Part shown: one piece after another, positions 1 to 13,199 of the stretch | Numbering within the stretch: the first letter of the stretch is position 1 | Layout: every line of letters starts with the position of its first letter | Assembly (NCBI GenBank): GCA_973895155.1 | Contig: OZ316899.1 | Location: 6,017,241-6,081,240 of the forward strand | Source: Marsupella aquatica | Lineage: Eukaryota; Plantae; Marchantiophyta | Length of the DNA stretch: 64,000 bases | Reading direction: 5' to 3' | Notes under the pieces: generated by a model | Told to the model about the DNA's origin: nothing | What the model saw: the letters and a program-made list of their open reading frames with translations, nothing else | Database searches by the model: none | Made by a program: the position numbers and the translations under genes

Positions 1-265
1 TAGTCTCTTGATGATGTCTTCTCGCCGAGCATTGCCAAGGAATGACAATATATGGGTTCATGCTACCTTTTCTTATAAGCTCTCTTATTGGACAAACATC
101 TTGAGCTTCTGGTGGTCACAACTGATCCCAAGGATTCTACACTGCATCACAATTCTTGTTGATTACTTCTTTCAAGGCTGGCATCTCCAGTAGCCTAGTA
201 GTAGTATCTTGATGATGTCTTCTCGTGCGGCAAGCATCGCAGAGGAATGACAATATATGGGTTGT
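1..265. repeat. ~200-bp-period direct repeat (two ~60-bp copies)
   Basis: tcttgatgatgtcttctcg...ggaatgacaatatatgggtt occurs at ~6-58 and again at ~207-263. Confidence 0.8.
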
Positions 266-1107
266 AAAATGTTTTTCTAGTAAACATCATGTCGACATTA
301 TGTCGGCGACCTCTTTGACATTCTGACTATGGTCACCTAAAACTGTACGGACACCGCATTTATGCTTATTGCTTTGCGTTTCAAGACCGTAAACCCTAAA
401 TCAAAGATGTTTGCAAGTTTGCCGAGATCTTTGGGCCAATCTGAGCACAGTTGCCAACATGCAGGTAAGTGTTAAGCGCGACGAGCAATGACTGATATCA
501 GTTATCAGTCATTGATAACTAATGATGTACCTTTACTCATTAATGTGTGTCTCTCAGTTTGACTTTTGGCTCTGCGGTTGCTGGTTTGGGCAATGCAACT
601 TGCAATTTAAAGAGGCATTAGGGTAGCTCTTGCTGGTACTGATTGAGCGAGTGTGACTTGTTTAGAAATAGTGAGCTCAAATGCTATTGCAACCTTTGAG
701 CTGATGTCTGCTTGTAATGGTACTGCAAGCTTGGCAGTGACCTGAACTCGTACCTTTATGCTACAAATTGCTGCAACGGTCTGTGAGGTTGTGCAAGGGT
801 TATTGATTGCAACAAAGCCTAGGATGTGCGCATGCTGTTGCTACATCTGATTGAGCTGGTAAGTGCTATCTCCGATTGAGTTGCTACCTCCAATCGGGCA
901 ATGTGAACTTTTGGGCAATGTTAGTGACATTTTTGCTGTTGAGTTTGACTTTTTGGGTTGCGCTAACATTGCTGCTTTGGGCATCTGAGCTACGACTTGC
1001 AGTTTTGACTGGGCTAGCTACATTTGATTCCATTGACGGAGCTACGCTTCTAGAAAGTTGGAGTTTGGGCAAAGGGCTGTGATCAAGCATTGTCGTTGTT
1101 GTGACAC

Positions 1108-2020
1108 TGCGTGGTGCACACTGGACCTCCTAACTCCTTGCTTAGAAAGCTGTGACAAGGGATCCAAGCGAGCTTCAATAAAGGACATTGACCTCTAGTG
1201 AAGGTTGGATTTTCTATTTCTGGATCTTGTAGCCAGTGCTTGAAACCAGTGCTCTACAGTACGTTGTTCATTGTTGCGCTTTAGTGTTGGCTCTATCCTC
1301 CATCCCTCTACTACCCTGTTACATTTTATTAGTGCAACGTCTCTCAGAGCTTTTGATTTCTAACGTAGTATGGGCTTGAGATGTAAATGTCTCTCAGAGT
1401 TGGTTTATAAGTTTGCTAATGGGGCAATTGTTTTTGAGCTATGGAGGAGCTTAATCCTATGTCTGATACCGTGAATGCTTTGTTGCTTGGGCTTGAGAAT
1501 CTCATCCTCTATACCTTAGATTTGTTATGTCTTGTAATTCCCACATCTTGGCTGTTTTGGATTCGTGTCATCTCTGCTGCGTTCTTTTGGGCGAGTTGCA
1601 ATAGGGTGGATTTTCTGTTTTAGAGCTTATAACCAATGCTAAGTGTTTAGCTTCATTTCTATTGGCTCAATGCAGCTGATTTGTGGATAGTGGACCTATT
1701 TGGTTCACAGTGGAGTTGCAAAGGAGCTGGCCACAACATAGGTCACAACTTGGCATTGCGTGGTGGACACTGGACCTGCCAAACTCGTTGTCAGTGGTAT
1801 TTTGGAGCTGGGCAAGTTGCAAGAAGGGATTGATCAAAGCTGCAATAGTGGACGCCAACCTACAGTGAAGGTTGGATTTTATAATTTTGAAGCTTGTCAC
1901 AATTGCTGGGAGTTAATCTCTTGTTTGCTTCCTATTTGTCATAATTGTAAATGGCTTGTGTGCTCTGCGGTTGTTCACTGCTGCGCATTAGTGTTGGCCC
2001 TGTCCTCCATCCCTCTACTT
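1108..2020. repeat. Diverged local duplication (~1108-1312 vs ~1757-2019) in a heavily decayed region
   Basis: Shared blocks gcgtggtg(c/g)acactggacct, agtgaaggttggatttt and tagtgttgg..ct.tcctccatccctctact in both copies. Confidence 0.7.
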
Positions 2021-3950
2021 CAAAAGGTCCAAAGAATTTATCAGGTTGCATGACCAGCAGATCCATGCTTTGATCTGGCTTAGCATACTTGCCACTTGTT
2101 TGTTTGGAGGTAGTGAAGCTTTTGAGTGTCTTTCACTTCCTGGCCATGTCCTTGATTGCTTTCAGCTTTCACTACATGTGTTGGGTCTGTCCTTTTGTGA
2201 AACAAGTGTTGAGTTTCCTTTTTTATGGCCAGCTTCAGTTGCGCCTCGTTCTCTCTCAGTTGCACCTTGCTCTCTGTTGCAAGTCCATGTCTGAAATCAG
2301 CTGTCTTGTTTGTTCTGTGCGATGGCTTCCCAAATGTATTGTTGAGGCTGTTACATTCTCAATCAAATAGACCCCCTTCTCCAGTATTTGCATTCTCACT
2401 TGCAGGTGGAAACTTTCTCGGTCTTTTCCTCTTTCCCCCTCTCTGAAACATCAGCTTGAGGTGCTGCATCACGGCCCTTCACTTTTCTGGCAGCTCTCTT
2501 TCACTCCCTTCACAATTTCTCTGGGAAATTCTCTTCATCATCCTATGTGCTCTTTCTCTATCTTCCGCTCTCTGTTTTGTGCATTGTATTGTTTGGCAGG
2601 GCGCCGGTTGTGCTCTGCCTGATATGTACCTATACTCTTGTGAATGTGCTCGCAAGATAGCAATAAATAACTTTGCCCATGTTCATGATGATGCGCCTCC
2701 GCAATTCCTTCCTCAAAACTCTTAGGTCTCCCACGGATACTGTCAAGTGTGGACGGCCCTGGAGAGCTGGAAGCCTTGAATTGTGTGCTCATTTTGTTGC
2801 TCTTGCTTGTGTTCAATACTTGTGCTGCACTTTTTTCAACCATTCCCTATGCAACTACCGTAAGTCAGCATGCAGGCTATATTTGAGTCCCCTTATTCAT
2901 CTACACTATAGAGTATTCATTTTTGCCTATGCTGGTTGGCTGGCTATAAGTTAATTATTTCAAAGTCTATTTCAAGGTCTGTTTTGAGTTTCTTCATCTT
3001 GTCTCGTGCTGTTGCTTCTCTTTCTATGAATCTTGGATCAATGCAACCTGCTCTCTAGGCCGGCCTCCTATTCAGTACTCTGGTATGGTTTATGGAGTCT
3101 TGTTTGTGTGTGGGGTAAATAGAATTACCAACTGTTGGCATTGGGAAAGTCTTGAGCCTGTCTGAGCTTGTCCTTTAAAACGTTCAGGGATTCATCCCTG
3201 TATATAAACTGAAATTCAGGGTCAGTCATGAAATCTCCAGTTTTTTAACCATGGTCTTATAGTTTCAGGACTGAGTGGACCTGCTGTGGACGTGAGCAAA
3301 GCAGCATAGGACGTGATCAACAATAGCTATGGTGAGGACCTAGAGGAATTCTAACACAGTATGCACGTACCAGGATGCAATGAGATAAGGCAGATTTTTG
3401 GATGAAATAGTAACCTAAACACTGAGAAATAACTTATGCTTTGACTTTTTCTATATATGTACAAATTTGGCTTGAGGGTTTGAAAACCTCAGTGGAATTA
3501 AAGTATTGAAATATATTTTGAAATCCCTATCTACTAAGCACAACATTTTAGTCTAAGATGTCACCAGTCCACTCAACATCTTTGTTCACTAACTCTATTC
3601 CAGAAGGCCCACAATCTACTATTAAATGAAAGTAGAATCCAAAACCTAAAGTCTCTGTCAATGACTCCCACTCCCCCCCAACAAATATGCCTTATGGCTC
3701 TAGAGTATTGTGAATGAAGAAAGTTAAAGAGTGTCCATGTGATGTTTGTCCATGCATAGTCCTTGCCAACTCAAACCAGTGCTCTATGTAGTGGCTCCAT
3801 TTAAATGATGCAGGATTCATTGCCCATGGCTTAGCTGCTCACTAATCCTTTGGTAGCAATTTGACCCTGGCTTTGTAATCTCCTGGTCATTTAAATGGTA
3901 TACCAATAGTTCGGTAGTATTCTGAATGTCCTAGCTGGTTTTTTCCCAAC

Positions 3951-5891
3951 TGTCAGACCTCTACTTTGGGACTTAACACATACTTAATTTATTTTATTCT
4001 CAAAACACAGTCCCTTATTGTTTTGGGTTCTCCGGAGGGATGTAATCTTGGAAATTAGTACTCACAACACATCTATCTTTAGGAAAACTAAATCCTCACA
4101 CACATACCACAGATTTTAGTATTCCAAACAATTATAAGACTATTATTGGCTGCCACCACATTAGTAATCTTATATCAAATCCAAACTGTCTTGCACTAGA
4201 TGATTTTACTTACGTCGCCAGAAGAGAAATCCATCAAGGGTACTTCTAACCTCTATAACTCTGCACCAACCAATGTCAGAACCATCACGGGCTGTCACCA
4301 CCGTGGATTGTTATGTTAGGCTACCATACAACAAGTCAGCCTACACAACTTCTAATTGTCTAACCACCAAAAAAATGGAAGCGTCATTTTGATTTGCTAG
4401 TGATCGATCAATTGTCTCTTGCCGATATAGTCACGTCAAGACTCACCATAGGAATCCTTGCCCATACTACACCCTAGTGCCTTCTTGATCAACCAAAACT
4501 TGATCACCAAAGTTTGGCTTCAAAACCTCAAACAAAGATAAAGTTTCCACTTGGTGTGCTAGTGCTTGGCCAAACAACCACCGAGCATACAATCACATCA
4601 TTTCTTGTCCAAGAAATCTTGGTGATGTACTTCAACATTGTTTGGTAAGCAAAACTCTATCACCAAAGTACTCCTTATAAAAGATGTCACAAAAATGTCC
4701 AAAAAAACCCGTCAAAAACATGTCATAAAACCGTCAAAAGAAAGTATCACACTCTCTTCACAAGTTAGAATAAGAGTGTTCAAGGAAGGAAGACACATAG
4801 ATTTATATCAAGTAAACTTAGTACAAGCTTGGGCTCTACCCAAGGTCTTCAATACTAGAGTCTTTCATGAACACTAACTCCTAACTCCCAAGGTGCCACA
4901 CACTCTGACTCCTCACTAATCCTCACTCCTTCTCTCTTGAGTCCCAACCCGTGGTGCCCCTCCAAGAAAGCAAGTAAGTGAGCAACTAATGAGCAAGCGA
5001 GGAAGTGAGCCTCCACTTCCTCTTATTTATATGGTTGGTGCCCTATGGCTTCCAATCAATCAATTGCCACTCAATTGCCATAGTACATCTAAGGTCAAAA
5101 ATCATTCTTAGCAAGTTTAGACTAAGAGTAATCCTTAAGTTAACTAGTTGACCTCTAATTTGTCTCTTTCTTTCAATGATGGTGCAACCTTAAAAAGATC
5201 TAGCTAGGCTAAGAATCGTCTTCACACTAGCTAATTGACTTCTAATCTGTCTATTGGAATATTTCATCGTCTTTTTCCTTGGCTTAGTACTACTTGAATT
5301 AGAAGTATCATCTTTGTTAAGATTTTTTCTTCACTATTTTTGTTATAATCATGTAGCAATTTTGGGCATTCCCTATTACTTTCATAACTTTTCTTGCAAC
5401 TTGTAGAATCTTCTATTTTACTTTATAATATTTTTGACTTATATTGAGATTTTTCCTCAAAGATATTTTTTTCGTTGTGACCATGTAACAATTTTGGGCA
5501 TTCCCTATTGCTTTTTCATAACTTTTCTTGCAACTTGTAGAATCTTTTATTTTATTTTATTTTAGACTTATATTGAGATTTTTTCTCAAAGATATTTTTT
5601 TCATTGTGACCATGTAGCAATTTTGGGCATTCCCTATTGCTTTATTTGATCACTCATTAGTTGACACCTACCACCACTACTTAGATAATACTTGTTTTTT
5701 TCTATTGACCTTCAACTATAACTTATCTTTCGTAGTCAATATTTTTCTAGAATCAATACATTTATTGATATTAGTTTTGTACACTAAATAACTAATTGAT
5801 ACAAACCCTAAACCCAAACTGTACACAAAACAAAAAAATTTACCCATATTTACATAATTCCTATGTAATTATGTTTTTTAGGTATTTGACA
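3951..5891. mobile_element. Probable solo LTR (~1.94 kb, family C)
   Basis: Starts TGTCAG, ends TTGACA; flanks CCAAC (3946-3950) / CCAAT (5892-5896), a 4/5 TSD match; first ~980 bp recur inverted at 35239-36219. Confidence 0.6.
5350..5640. repeat. ~130-bp tandem repeat (about 2.3 units) inside the putative solo LTR
   Basis: catgta(g/a)caattttgggcattccctatt at ~5350, ~5482 and ~5611. Confidence 0.85.
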
Positions 5892-6316
5892 CCAATTGAC
5901 AAAATTTATGTCTATATTTTTCTGAGTTCAATGGCAAGCCTGTTGTCTTTTGCAGAATTGGAATAGGACCGAATGCATCTGAGGCAACCTTTAGTTATAG
6001 ATAGAGTTTGAAATGAAACATCAGATGCATGTCTGTAGTCCAATGACTCTTTTGTGTCATATTTGTGTGGTTGCAGATTATGAATCCTTGCTTTTACATC
6101 TTGTGACGTGAGAGGAGATTGAGATATACATCTGAATTTGATCAAGACAATCTTCCAATTTTGGTGCCTTCCTCTTGGTTGAGTACAGTTGGTGAGTCCT
6201 CTGCATTCTGGCCCCACATTGGATTGCAATATGCAAGTGGTAGTACGTGTTTAATGACATCCAACGTAATAGTTTAATAACTCTTCAAGTTTTTTTGTTC
6301 ATGTCCAGTGGTCATA

Positions 6317-6955
6317 ATGGCTAGGACCAAGCATAAAGCCAGAAAGAATGATACTCAAATGAGAAAGGAGAAAGATGTGTTGATGATTAAAATTGTGGTT
6401 AGACATTGATAAACGTCAGTGTAGTCCCCAACTTTGTGGCATTTGTGACTGGCATGGAGATCTGGCCATGTGTGATGGGGCTTGCCATTGGCACTTCAAC
6501 CATGTTTCCAAAGTTGGTGAGGTTGTTGGCAGGTGCCCTGCCATATTTATTGCACCAGGCAAGGATGATGATCCTTGGTATTGTCCAGAGTGTAAGGATA
6601 AGGCATACAGGTGTTCTCTATTGCAGCCAGGCAGTGCCCCCAGCCATACTGTGTTTGATTTTATTGTCATGGATGGTTGCCACTTGATGTGGAGTCTTGC
6701 CCCATTCATACATGTGTTGCATGCCAACAGGACCATTGTGACCCTCATCTGGCAGAGGCCGTGCAATGTTTGAGATGTCCCAAAACTTGGCATTGTACTT
6801 GCCTAGCTGAGAGCCAGCGTCAAGGTTTTGCACCAGATAGAGTGCCTTGGCATCATACTGCACATGACCAGGGAGGTTGGATGATTTATTGTCCTGACCA
6901 TCCTATTGACCCTGCTCTAGGCAGAGCGGCTCATGATCACATCTCCTGGCTTTGA
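6317..6955 (+). pseudogene. EDM2/NSD-type PHD-finger cluster with histone H3-tail-like N-terminus (frameshifted)
   Basis: ATG 6317 reads MARTKHKARK. Following frames give CGICD..GDLAMCDGACHWHFNH..WYCPEC, QCPQPYC*FY, CPIHTCVAC..QCLRCPKTWHCTCL and MIYCPDHPIDPALGRAAHDHI, collinear with the EDM2 PHD region as recalled. Two frameshifts and one stop. Confidence 0.75.
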
Positions 6956-7560
6956 TTGATGTGGTCCATTTTGGTTCAATTCATCGATCAATACTACTAT
7001 AGACATCAATACACTTAGTTAATGGAACAATGACGTTTTGTCCTAATCACACATTTTGTTCACTGTGTGAATGGTTAGCACGAGCATGGAGACAATGCTT
7101 TGGGTTTAATTGACTAAGGCTAGCTTTCTAGAAAATCTAAGTACTCAAACTCTACTTATTTATTTGGTATTTATTTTGTATACCAGTATGAGGGCCATCC
7201 CAATTGATTTTATGGATGTCAATACTGTGGATGTGATTGAATTGTTTGGATTCAGTGTTTTATACGGTTGTCTTGGTTGTTGGGTGTCATGGATGGGGTA
7301 TTGTCAATGGGATATATATTTTCTTCAACTTGTTGTCTGTGGGTTTAGGGTTGGAGTTTCAGGTTTGAAAGAAGCATCCTAAACACATGAAACGTAAGAC
7401 ATAAAACATAAATCCTTTCTGCAACTAAAAATTCACAGTATGAACTCAAAGAGACAACTACAGAGTGGCAAGTACAGATTATGAGGCAGCTAAGCTTATT
7501 GTCGTGTCCATGTTGTAGGTTCTCACCAGTGAATGTTGGAGGTGAAACATTACACTTGGT

Positions 7561-8085
7561 ATGTCATTTTTTCCAAACTGCCACACCATATGTGGACCCC
7601 TCATACGGGTGGCTACATGGATGTATGTTGTGGTGGTTTGGCTGGTTGGTTTGGTAATCTGGCAATTTGTACTCCCACCTGGCAGAATCATTGTCAACCT
7701 TGAATCTATTGTACAGTATTGTAGGGCAGATGAGGAGGAGGTTTACTTTTTGGCAGATGAGTCTGAAGTCGGGTGTGAAGAGGATGACAAGGAATGTAGT
7801 AGTTTGCTACATGTTTTGCCATATGATTTAGTAGTCACAAATGTATGGCCTAGGGTTCTTTCCATGTCATCAACGCAAGACATTTGCCAATATGGACTCA
7901 TTAGTACCCAATGGAGGGACTTGGTAGCCATGTCCCCACAATGGAAGGCATTGAAACCACTACTTGTAGGCACAGATTGTAGACCACCATGGCATGATCT
8001 TGGGTTAGACATAGATGACTTACTGTACTTGCCTGAGTACCTGAGGGTTGACTATCATCGAGCACAGGATTGGTATTTGTACTGA
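7561..8085 (+). CDS. Small F-box-like protein directly upstream of CACTA transposase (true start uncertain)
   Basis: LLHVLPYDLVVTNVWP...LISTQWRDLV..SPQWKAL fits the F-box pattern LP.(D/E)....I.......VS+.W+.L; same signature as the ORFs at 48485 and 51562. Confidence 0.55.
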   Translation: MSFFPNCHTICGPLIRVATWMYVVVVWLVGLVIWQFVLPPGRIIVNLESIVQYCRADEEEVYFLADESEVGCEEDDKECSSLLHVLPYDLVVTNVWPRVLSMSSTQDICQYGLISTQWRDLVAMSPQWKALKPLLVGTDCRPPWHDLGLDIDDLLYLPEYLRVDYHRAQDWYLY

Positions 8086-8324
8086 TCTGATAAGATGTTC
8101 ACAGATTTGATATCACTCTAGTGGAGTGGGTTTCTATGACTATAGGTGATTGTATTCTAATATGGTCATGAATGTACGTGTAGAGCCTAGAGGTGTGGAG
8201 TCTAGTGCTGGTACCATTAGAGTGGAGGATTGTAGTACCCAAAGAGCTTGCACAGGTTGCAAGGTACGTGGGTCCTCTACATTCTAGCAAATTGAGTGGA
8301 AGACATTGATTGGATTGACTTGAA

Positions 8325-11300
8325 GTGGCTGAAACAATGTTGAGGAACTTTCATGGTAGTCAAGATGACCTGAATAGGAGGGATGATAAGTTATGGCGTC
8401 GACAGACTGCAGCCTATAGAGCTGTTGGGATGACAAAGATAAAATGTCCTTGCAACTGTAGGGGTAATTGTGTGAGTCTAGGGACGGTCAAAAAGCACCT
8501 CATTCAGAATTCTCGCCACCCATCACAAAGGTATTGGTGGGGAGAGGACCGTGACTCTTCTGATGATGAGTGGAATGCACGCTGCATGGAGGGTGATGGT
8601 GCATTTGAGGGCCCTGTGGACAATGCAAGATGTGCAGAGGAACTTGTCAATGATATGGGTTGTGGCATAGATATCCCAGGGATACTAGAGGACTTGGCAA
8701 TACCAAGTGAAACTGCACATGCCAGTGAACCTATCCAAGAAACCACTGCAGAGGAGCCCACTCTGCAGGAAAGTGAAGAGGGTCTCTTCAACATGGATGA
8801 TCTTCTGGAGGCGAACAGTGCATCTAGAGAAGCAACACCTCAGATTTGGGACCAACAGGTAGAGGAGAAGATGATGCAAACATTTGAAGAGGCATGTGCC
8901 CCTTTGTATGAGGGTCCACTACTTCCCAATTGTCATTTGTGTTGACATTTCTAAACACATGCCATAATCATGGTTTCACCAACTCTTTTGTTGATGAACT
9001 GCTTTCGTTGATGGGGAAACATTTGATGCCTGCTAAGAATTTGCTGCCTAAAAACCTGTATGCATGCAAGAAGCTGATCAGTCATGTTGGCTTGGATTAT
9101 GTCAAAATTCATGCTTGTGAGGATGGATGTGTCCTATTTAGAAAGGAGCATGCTGATTGCGATGAGTGTCCACTATGCAAAAAGCCTAGGTATAAGCAGG
9201 TTGGGCAATCAAAGCAACTTATGAAAGTCCTTTGACATTTCCCCCTCATACCCAAGTTGAAATGAATGTACATGTGCAAGGCTATTTCAGAGTTGATGAC
9301 ATGGCATAAGGACAATAAAAGCACAGATGGAAAGGTCCGGCATGTTGCAGATTCTAGGGCATGGAAGGAGATTGATACAACAATTGATCCAACATTTGAA
9401 GCAGAGCCTCGCAATGTACACCTTGGATTGGCTCTGGATGGTGTGAATCCCTTTGGGGAAAACAACATCAAGCATTCTACGTGGCCTGTGTTATTGTTGA
9501 ATTACAATTTTCCCCCTTGGTTGTCCACCAAGAAGTTCTTCATTATGTTATCTTTGCTGATCCATGGGCCTGATTTAGTGACTGACCACAACATTGACAT
9601 TTACATGGCTCCATTGCTGGAGGAGCTTTTGGAGCTCTTGGAGGGAGTTCCATGCTTTGATTCACTTGACAGGCCTAGCCTGAATTAGTGGTTCAATCTG
9701 CAGGCCATTCTATTGTGGACAGTGAACGAATATCCAGCTTTGGGTCTCATATCGGGTCAAGTCACAAAAGGATATCATGGATGCATTGTGTGTGGACCCA
9801 ATGTGAGCTTCAGAAGGTCTGTTGCTCTATACAAGAATGTATGTCTGGGGAGTCAAAGGTGGCTGGAGGAGAACCGCTTTGAAAGTTATGCAGCAAAATT
9901 TTATGGGGAGTGCGAGCCACGGGGGCCTCCCCCAAGGATGACTTGTGAGCAAAAATTAGCCTTTCTTGCTGAGGTGGAACAGTACTTGAAAACACCTAGG
10001 GCCAAACAAGGAAGCAAGAACTGTCCTTCAAAGCTTCATGGGGTGAAGAGGACACAAGGTCTTGCAAAGCTACCATACTGGTCGGTGAGTACCATCACAC
10101 AGTTTGCATTCACCTTTTTAACTTGAAGATATTGCATAGTACCAGCATTGTACACACATGTCAATTTGCAGTTGGACTGATCTGCTTTTTGTTGTTTGGA
10201 TGCAAAAACTTCTGATCAACCATATGCTCGATCCCATGCACACAGAGAAGAACATTGCTCAGAATTTGATATACACTACTTCTGGGAAGAAGGATACCAC
10301 TGCTGTGTGGAATGATATGGAGGCTAAAGGCATTCACGAGCAGCCGTGGATGAAGCCTCATCCAAACAATAAGAAGGACCACTTTGTGAAGCCCAAGGCG
10401 TCCTATGTGATGAGCAACCCAGAGCTCAAGAAGTGTCTGGGCACTTTGAAGAACTTGAAAGTTCCCACAAATTTTGGTAGCTCATTGGCAAAGTGTGTGA
10501 GAGCCAGCAATAAGTTGGCTGGCCTCAAGTCTCATGACTACCATTGCCTAATGCAACAGATACTTCCTTTGGCATTGGAGGACTTGATGGCAACAGGACC
10601 TCAAATGGCTATTAGCAGTGTGTGTCGTATGTGGCGTAAAATTTGCTATAAGGTCTGGGACCCTAGCACTAAGGATGAATTGATGACAGATGTGGCACAT
10701 ACTTTGTGTGCTCTGGAAATGCATTTTCCAGATTCATTTTTTGATGTCATGACACATTTGATGGTGCATATAGTGGAAGAGCTAGATATGTGTGGACCTG
10801 TATCACAACGGTGGATGTATCCAATCGAGAGATACCTGAAAAACCTAAAGGGTTTTGTAAGAAATAAGGCACAACCAGAGGCACCTATGGCTGAGGGTTC
10901 TATCCCAGAGGAGGCATTGGGATTTCTCACAGAGTATATGGTTCAGTGCCAAATAACTTGGCAGCGGGTCTGGGACTATGAAGAAGAGGCAGGGGTTAAA
11001 GGTGTGGTCCTGGAAAGGGCCTCAAGTAAATTGTCTCTAACTGTTGCTGATTGAGATGCTGCCCACACCTATTACCTACAAAACCATGTACAGGTTGCAC
11101 CATGGCTCAGGTACAGGAAATAACTACATCATTTTGTTTATGGTTGTCTCAGTGTTCAGTAATGTAGTTCTAAATGCATTGTCACAATATGACAGTCTTT
11201 CTTTTGTGATATTTGACATTGTTCCTTGCTTGCTTGGAAGGTTGTATGAGTCAGAAGAGGAGGAGCAAAGGATAGAAAGGGAAGTTGTTGTAAGACAAAA

Positions 11301-12070
11301 TAATGCAGAACGGCGACAAGGCAGACGTCAAGCAATGGCCTGTTTTGCTGAATTTGCTTCCATTCCTTTTGGAGTGTGGTTCAAGGATACAATACACAAG
11401 GCTAACCTGGATGACAATGAGGACAAGTTGCTGTTGATTGCAATTTCTTTTCCACCAAGCCAGAAGGCTTTGTCTTACAATTCAATGAAGGCTTTTGGGA
11501 ACCATTACAGAGTGATGCGCTGCAAAGATAGGAATGGCAAATGGCGTGAGATGTCCACTCTTAGGGACACTGATTGTCAAGGATATGCTACATTCAATTC
11601 AGGGGTGGCCAAGCTTACATATGTGGGGGTTCTGACACAAATACTTGTGCTTGACTATGGACCTCTGTTACATTCTGAACCAACCATAATCTTGAAGGCA
11701 AAGTGGGTGCGGTCTAAGTGGGGAGAGAACAGGTCTAATCCATCAATGAAACATGATGAGACTGGCCTATGGCTTGCCAATTTTAATATGCCTTATCCCT
11801 TAGCTGAGAAATTAGATTATGTCTTGCTCAGTCAGATTGAGCAGGTTTTCTCTAGCCAAACATAGCCAGGGCCTCTTGGAGACATGTTCTCCATAAGGAA
11901 GGGAGGTCTTGACGAGTTGTTGAGGGTATATATGACCTTGAGTTTAATGATCTTGTGGATCGTCATGAGGCTATTGAGGTTGAGCTTGTTGCAACAGCTA
12001 ACAAACGAGTGTCCTTGGATGAAGGAGAAATTGTAGTTTTTCAGGAGATGGCAGTGTTGACAAGAAGTGA
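8325..12070 (+). pseudogene. CACTA/En-Spm TnpD-like transposase, copy 1 (transposase-associated Zn motif, Transposase_21, DUF4218- and DUF4216-like)
   Basis: IKCPCNC..VKKHL; IHACEDGCVLF..CPLC; RNVHLGLALDGVNPF..STWPVLLLNYNFPPW; LDPMHTEKN; LKSHDYHCLMQQ; FFDVMTHLMVH..GPV..RWMYPIERY; multiple frameshifts/stops; probable introns near 10085-10205 and 11111-11240. Confidence 0.93.
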
Positions 12071-13040
12071 TAGTGATGATGATGATGTCTGGGAAGATGA
12101 AGAAGATTCAAATGAAGAGTGAGAATGTGCCTCTTGGGGCAGGAAGTACTGATTGCTCTTTGGTGATAGTGTTTTTTATGCAGTTTTGAATTGAAATGCA
12201 TGATCGATCTGGGGTGAAAGGTTCTAAGAATGCCTATGAGGCATAGAGGAATAGGAACATAGCAAGCAACAAAACTATACTTGACCGGTTTGTAGGAACA
12301 AGTGATTTAAAGTATGTACTCTATCCCTATATAGTTTTGAATTTATGCCTTGACTTTATTACTAATGGTTCACACTCATGACATTGCCAGGGTGATTGCA
12401 GTTTATAGGGAGAGGCAAGGCGCAAGCATCTATCTAAGTTGTCAAAGAAGATTGAACAGAATCAGCCGTCTGTAGCAAAGCGTAGGAGTTCACGATTACT
12501 TGGCAAGCACTTGGAGAAAATCATGGAGAGTGACAACAGTGGGAATGATGGGTCTGAAAAATCAGCTGACACAAACTATGGGGCAGGTTTAAGTGATGGA
12601 TTTGAATCAGATGGTGTTCAAGAGCCACATAAGGTAGGAGAAGACGCACTGTCATTTTTTACTTCAATTGAAGTGTGACGCCGCCGGTACGACGGGTAAT
12701 GAGTGATTCGGTCTAACCGCGCTTAGCACGCGCGTTAGGGGTATTTTAGGCCATTATTATTAGCATAACGATAGTATTTAGATAGCCATTATGAGTAGGA
12801 AATCATTAGTCAATAAGGGGAATTCATGTTTGGGCTGGCGGCGGGTTGCCATTCGCACGCCCGGGTTGCGAGCGTGTAATGGGACCCCTTTCCCCCTCCC
12901 CCGGGTCCTATAACGAACTCCGGGAGGCGGCCACTGACACAAGCTGACCCGGACTGGCGAAGGGGCCGGTACACTGCAAGCATGAAAGGCTCGGCCTATA
13001 AGCAACGAGGAGGCGTCGGGCGATTGGTGAGCTCTCAGGG

Positions 13041-13047
13041 TATAAAA
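13041..13047 (+). promoter_or_regulatory. Putative TATA box upstream of the family-B gene
   Basis: TATAAAA is conserved at the equivalent position in all three B copies (13041 +, 18916-18922 -, 54533 +), shortly upstream of the ORF. Confidence 0.55.
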
Positions 13048-13199
13048 GGGGGGCCAATCCTTTGCAGTGCACCAGTTCTTCAGTCCACGCGCCAGCTTCG
13101 ACCTCGACTCTCTCACTTTCCCTTAGTCACCTGCTATCTCCTCTGAATGTCGCACACAAACCTTTCCAGTTCGGCCATACGATTCTGGACTCAGTTCTT

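Noticed and set aside
4638-4877. 79-aa ORF repeated at 35291-35530
   Set aside because: Non-ATG start and no domain; conservation is explained by the DNA repeat (LTR-like family C).
6990-7005. tactactatag as the left TIR of CACTA copy 1
   Set aside because: Lacks the initial CACTA, and no matching right end or TSD was found; the boundaries of CACTA copy 1 remain undefined.
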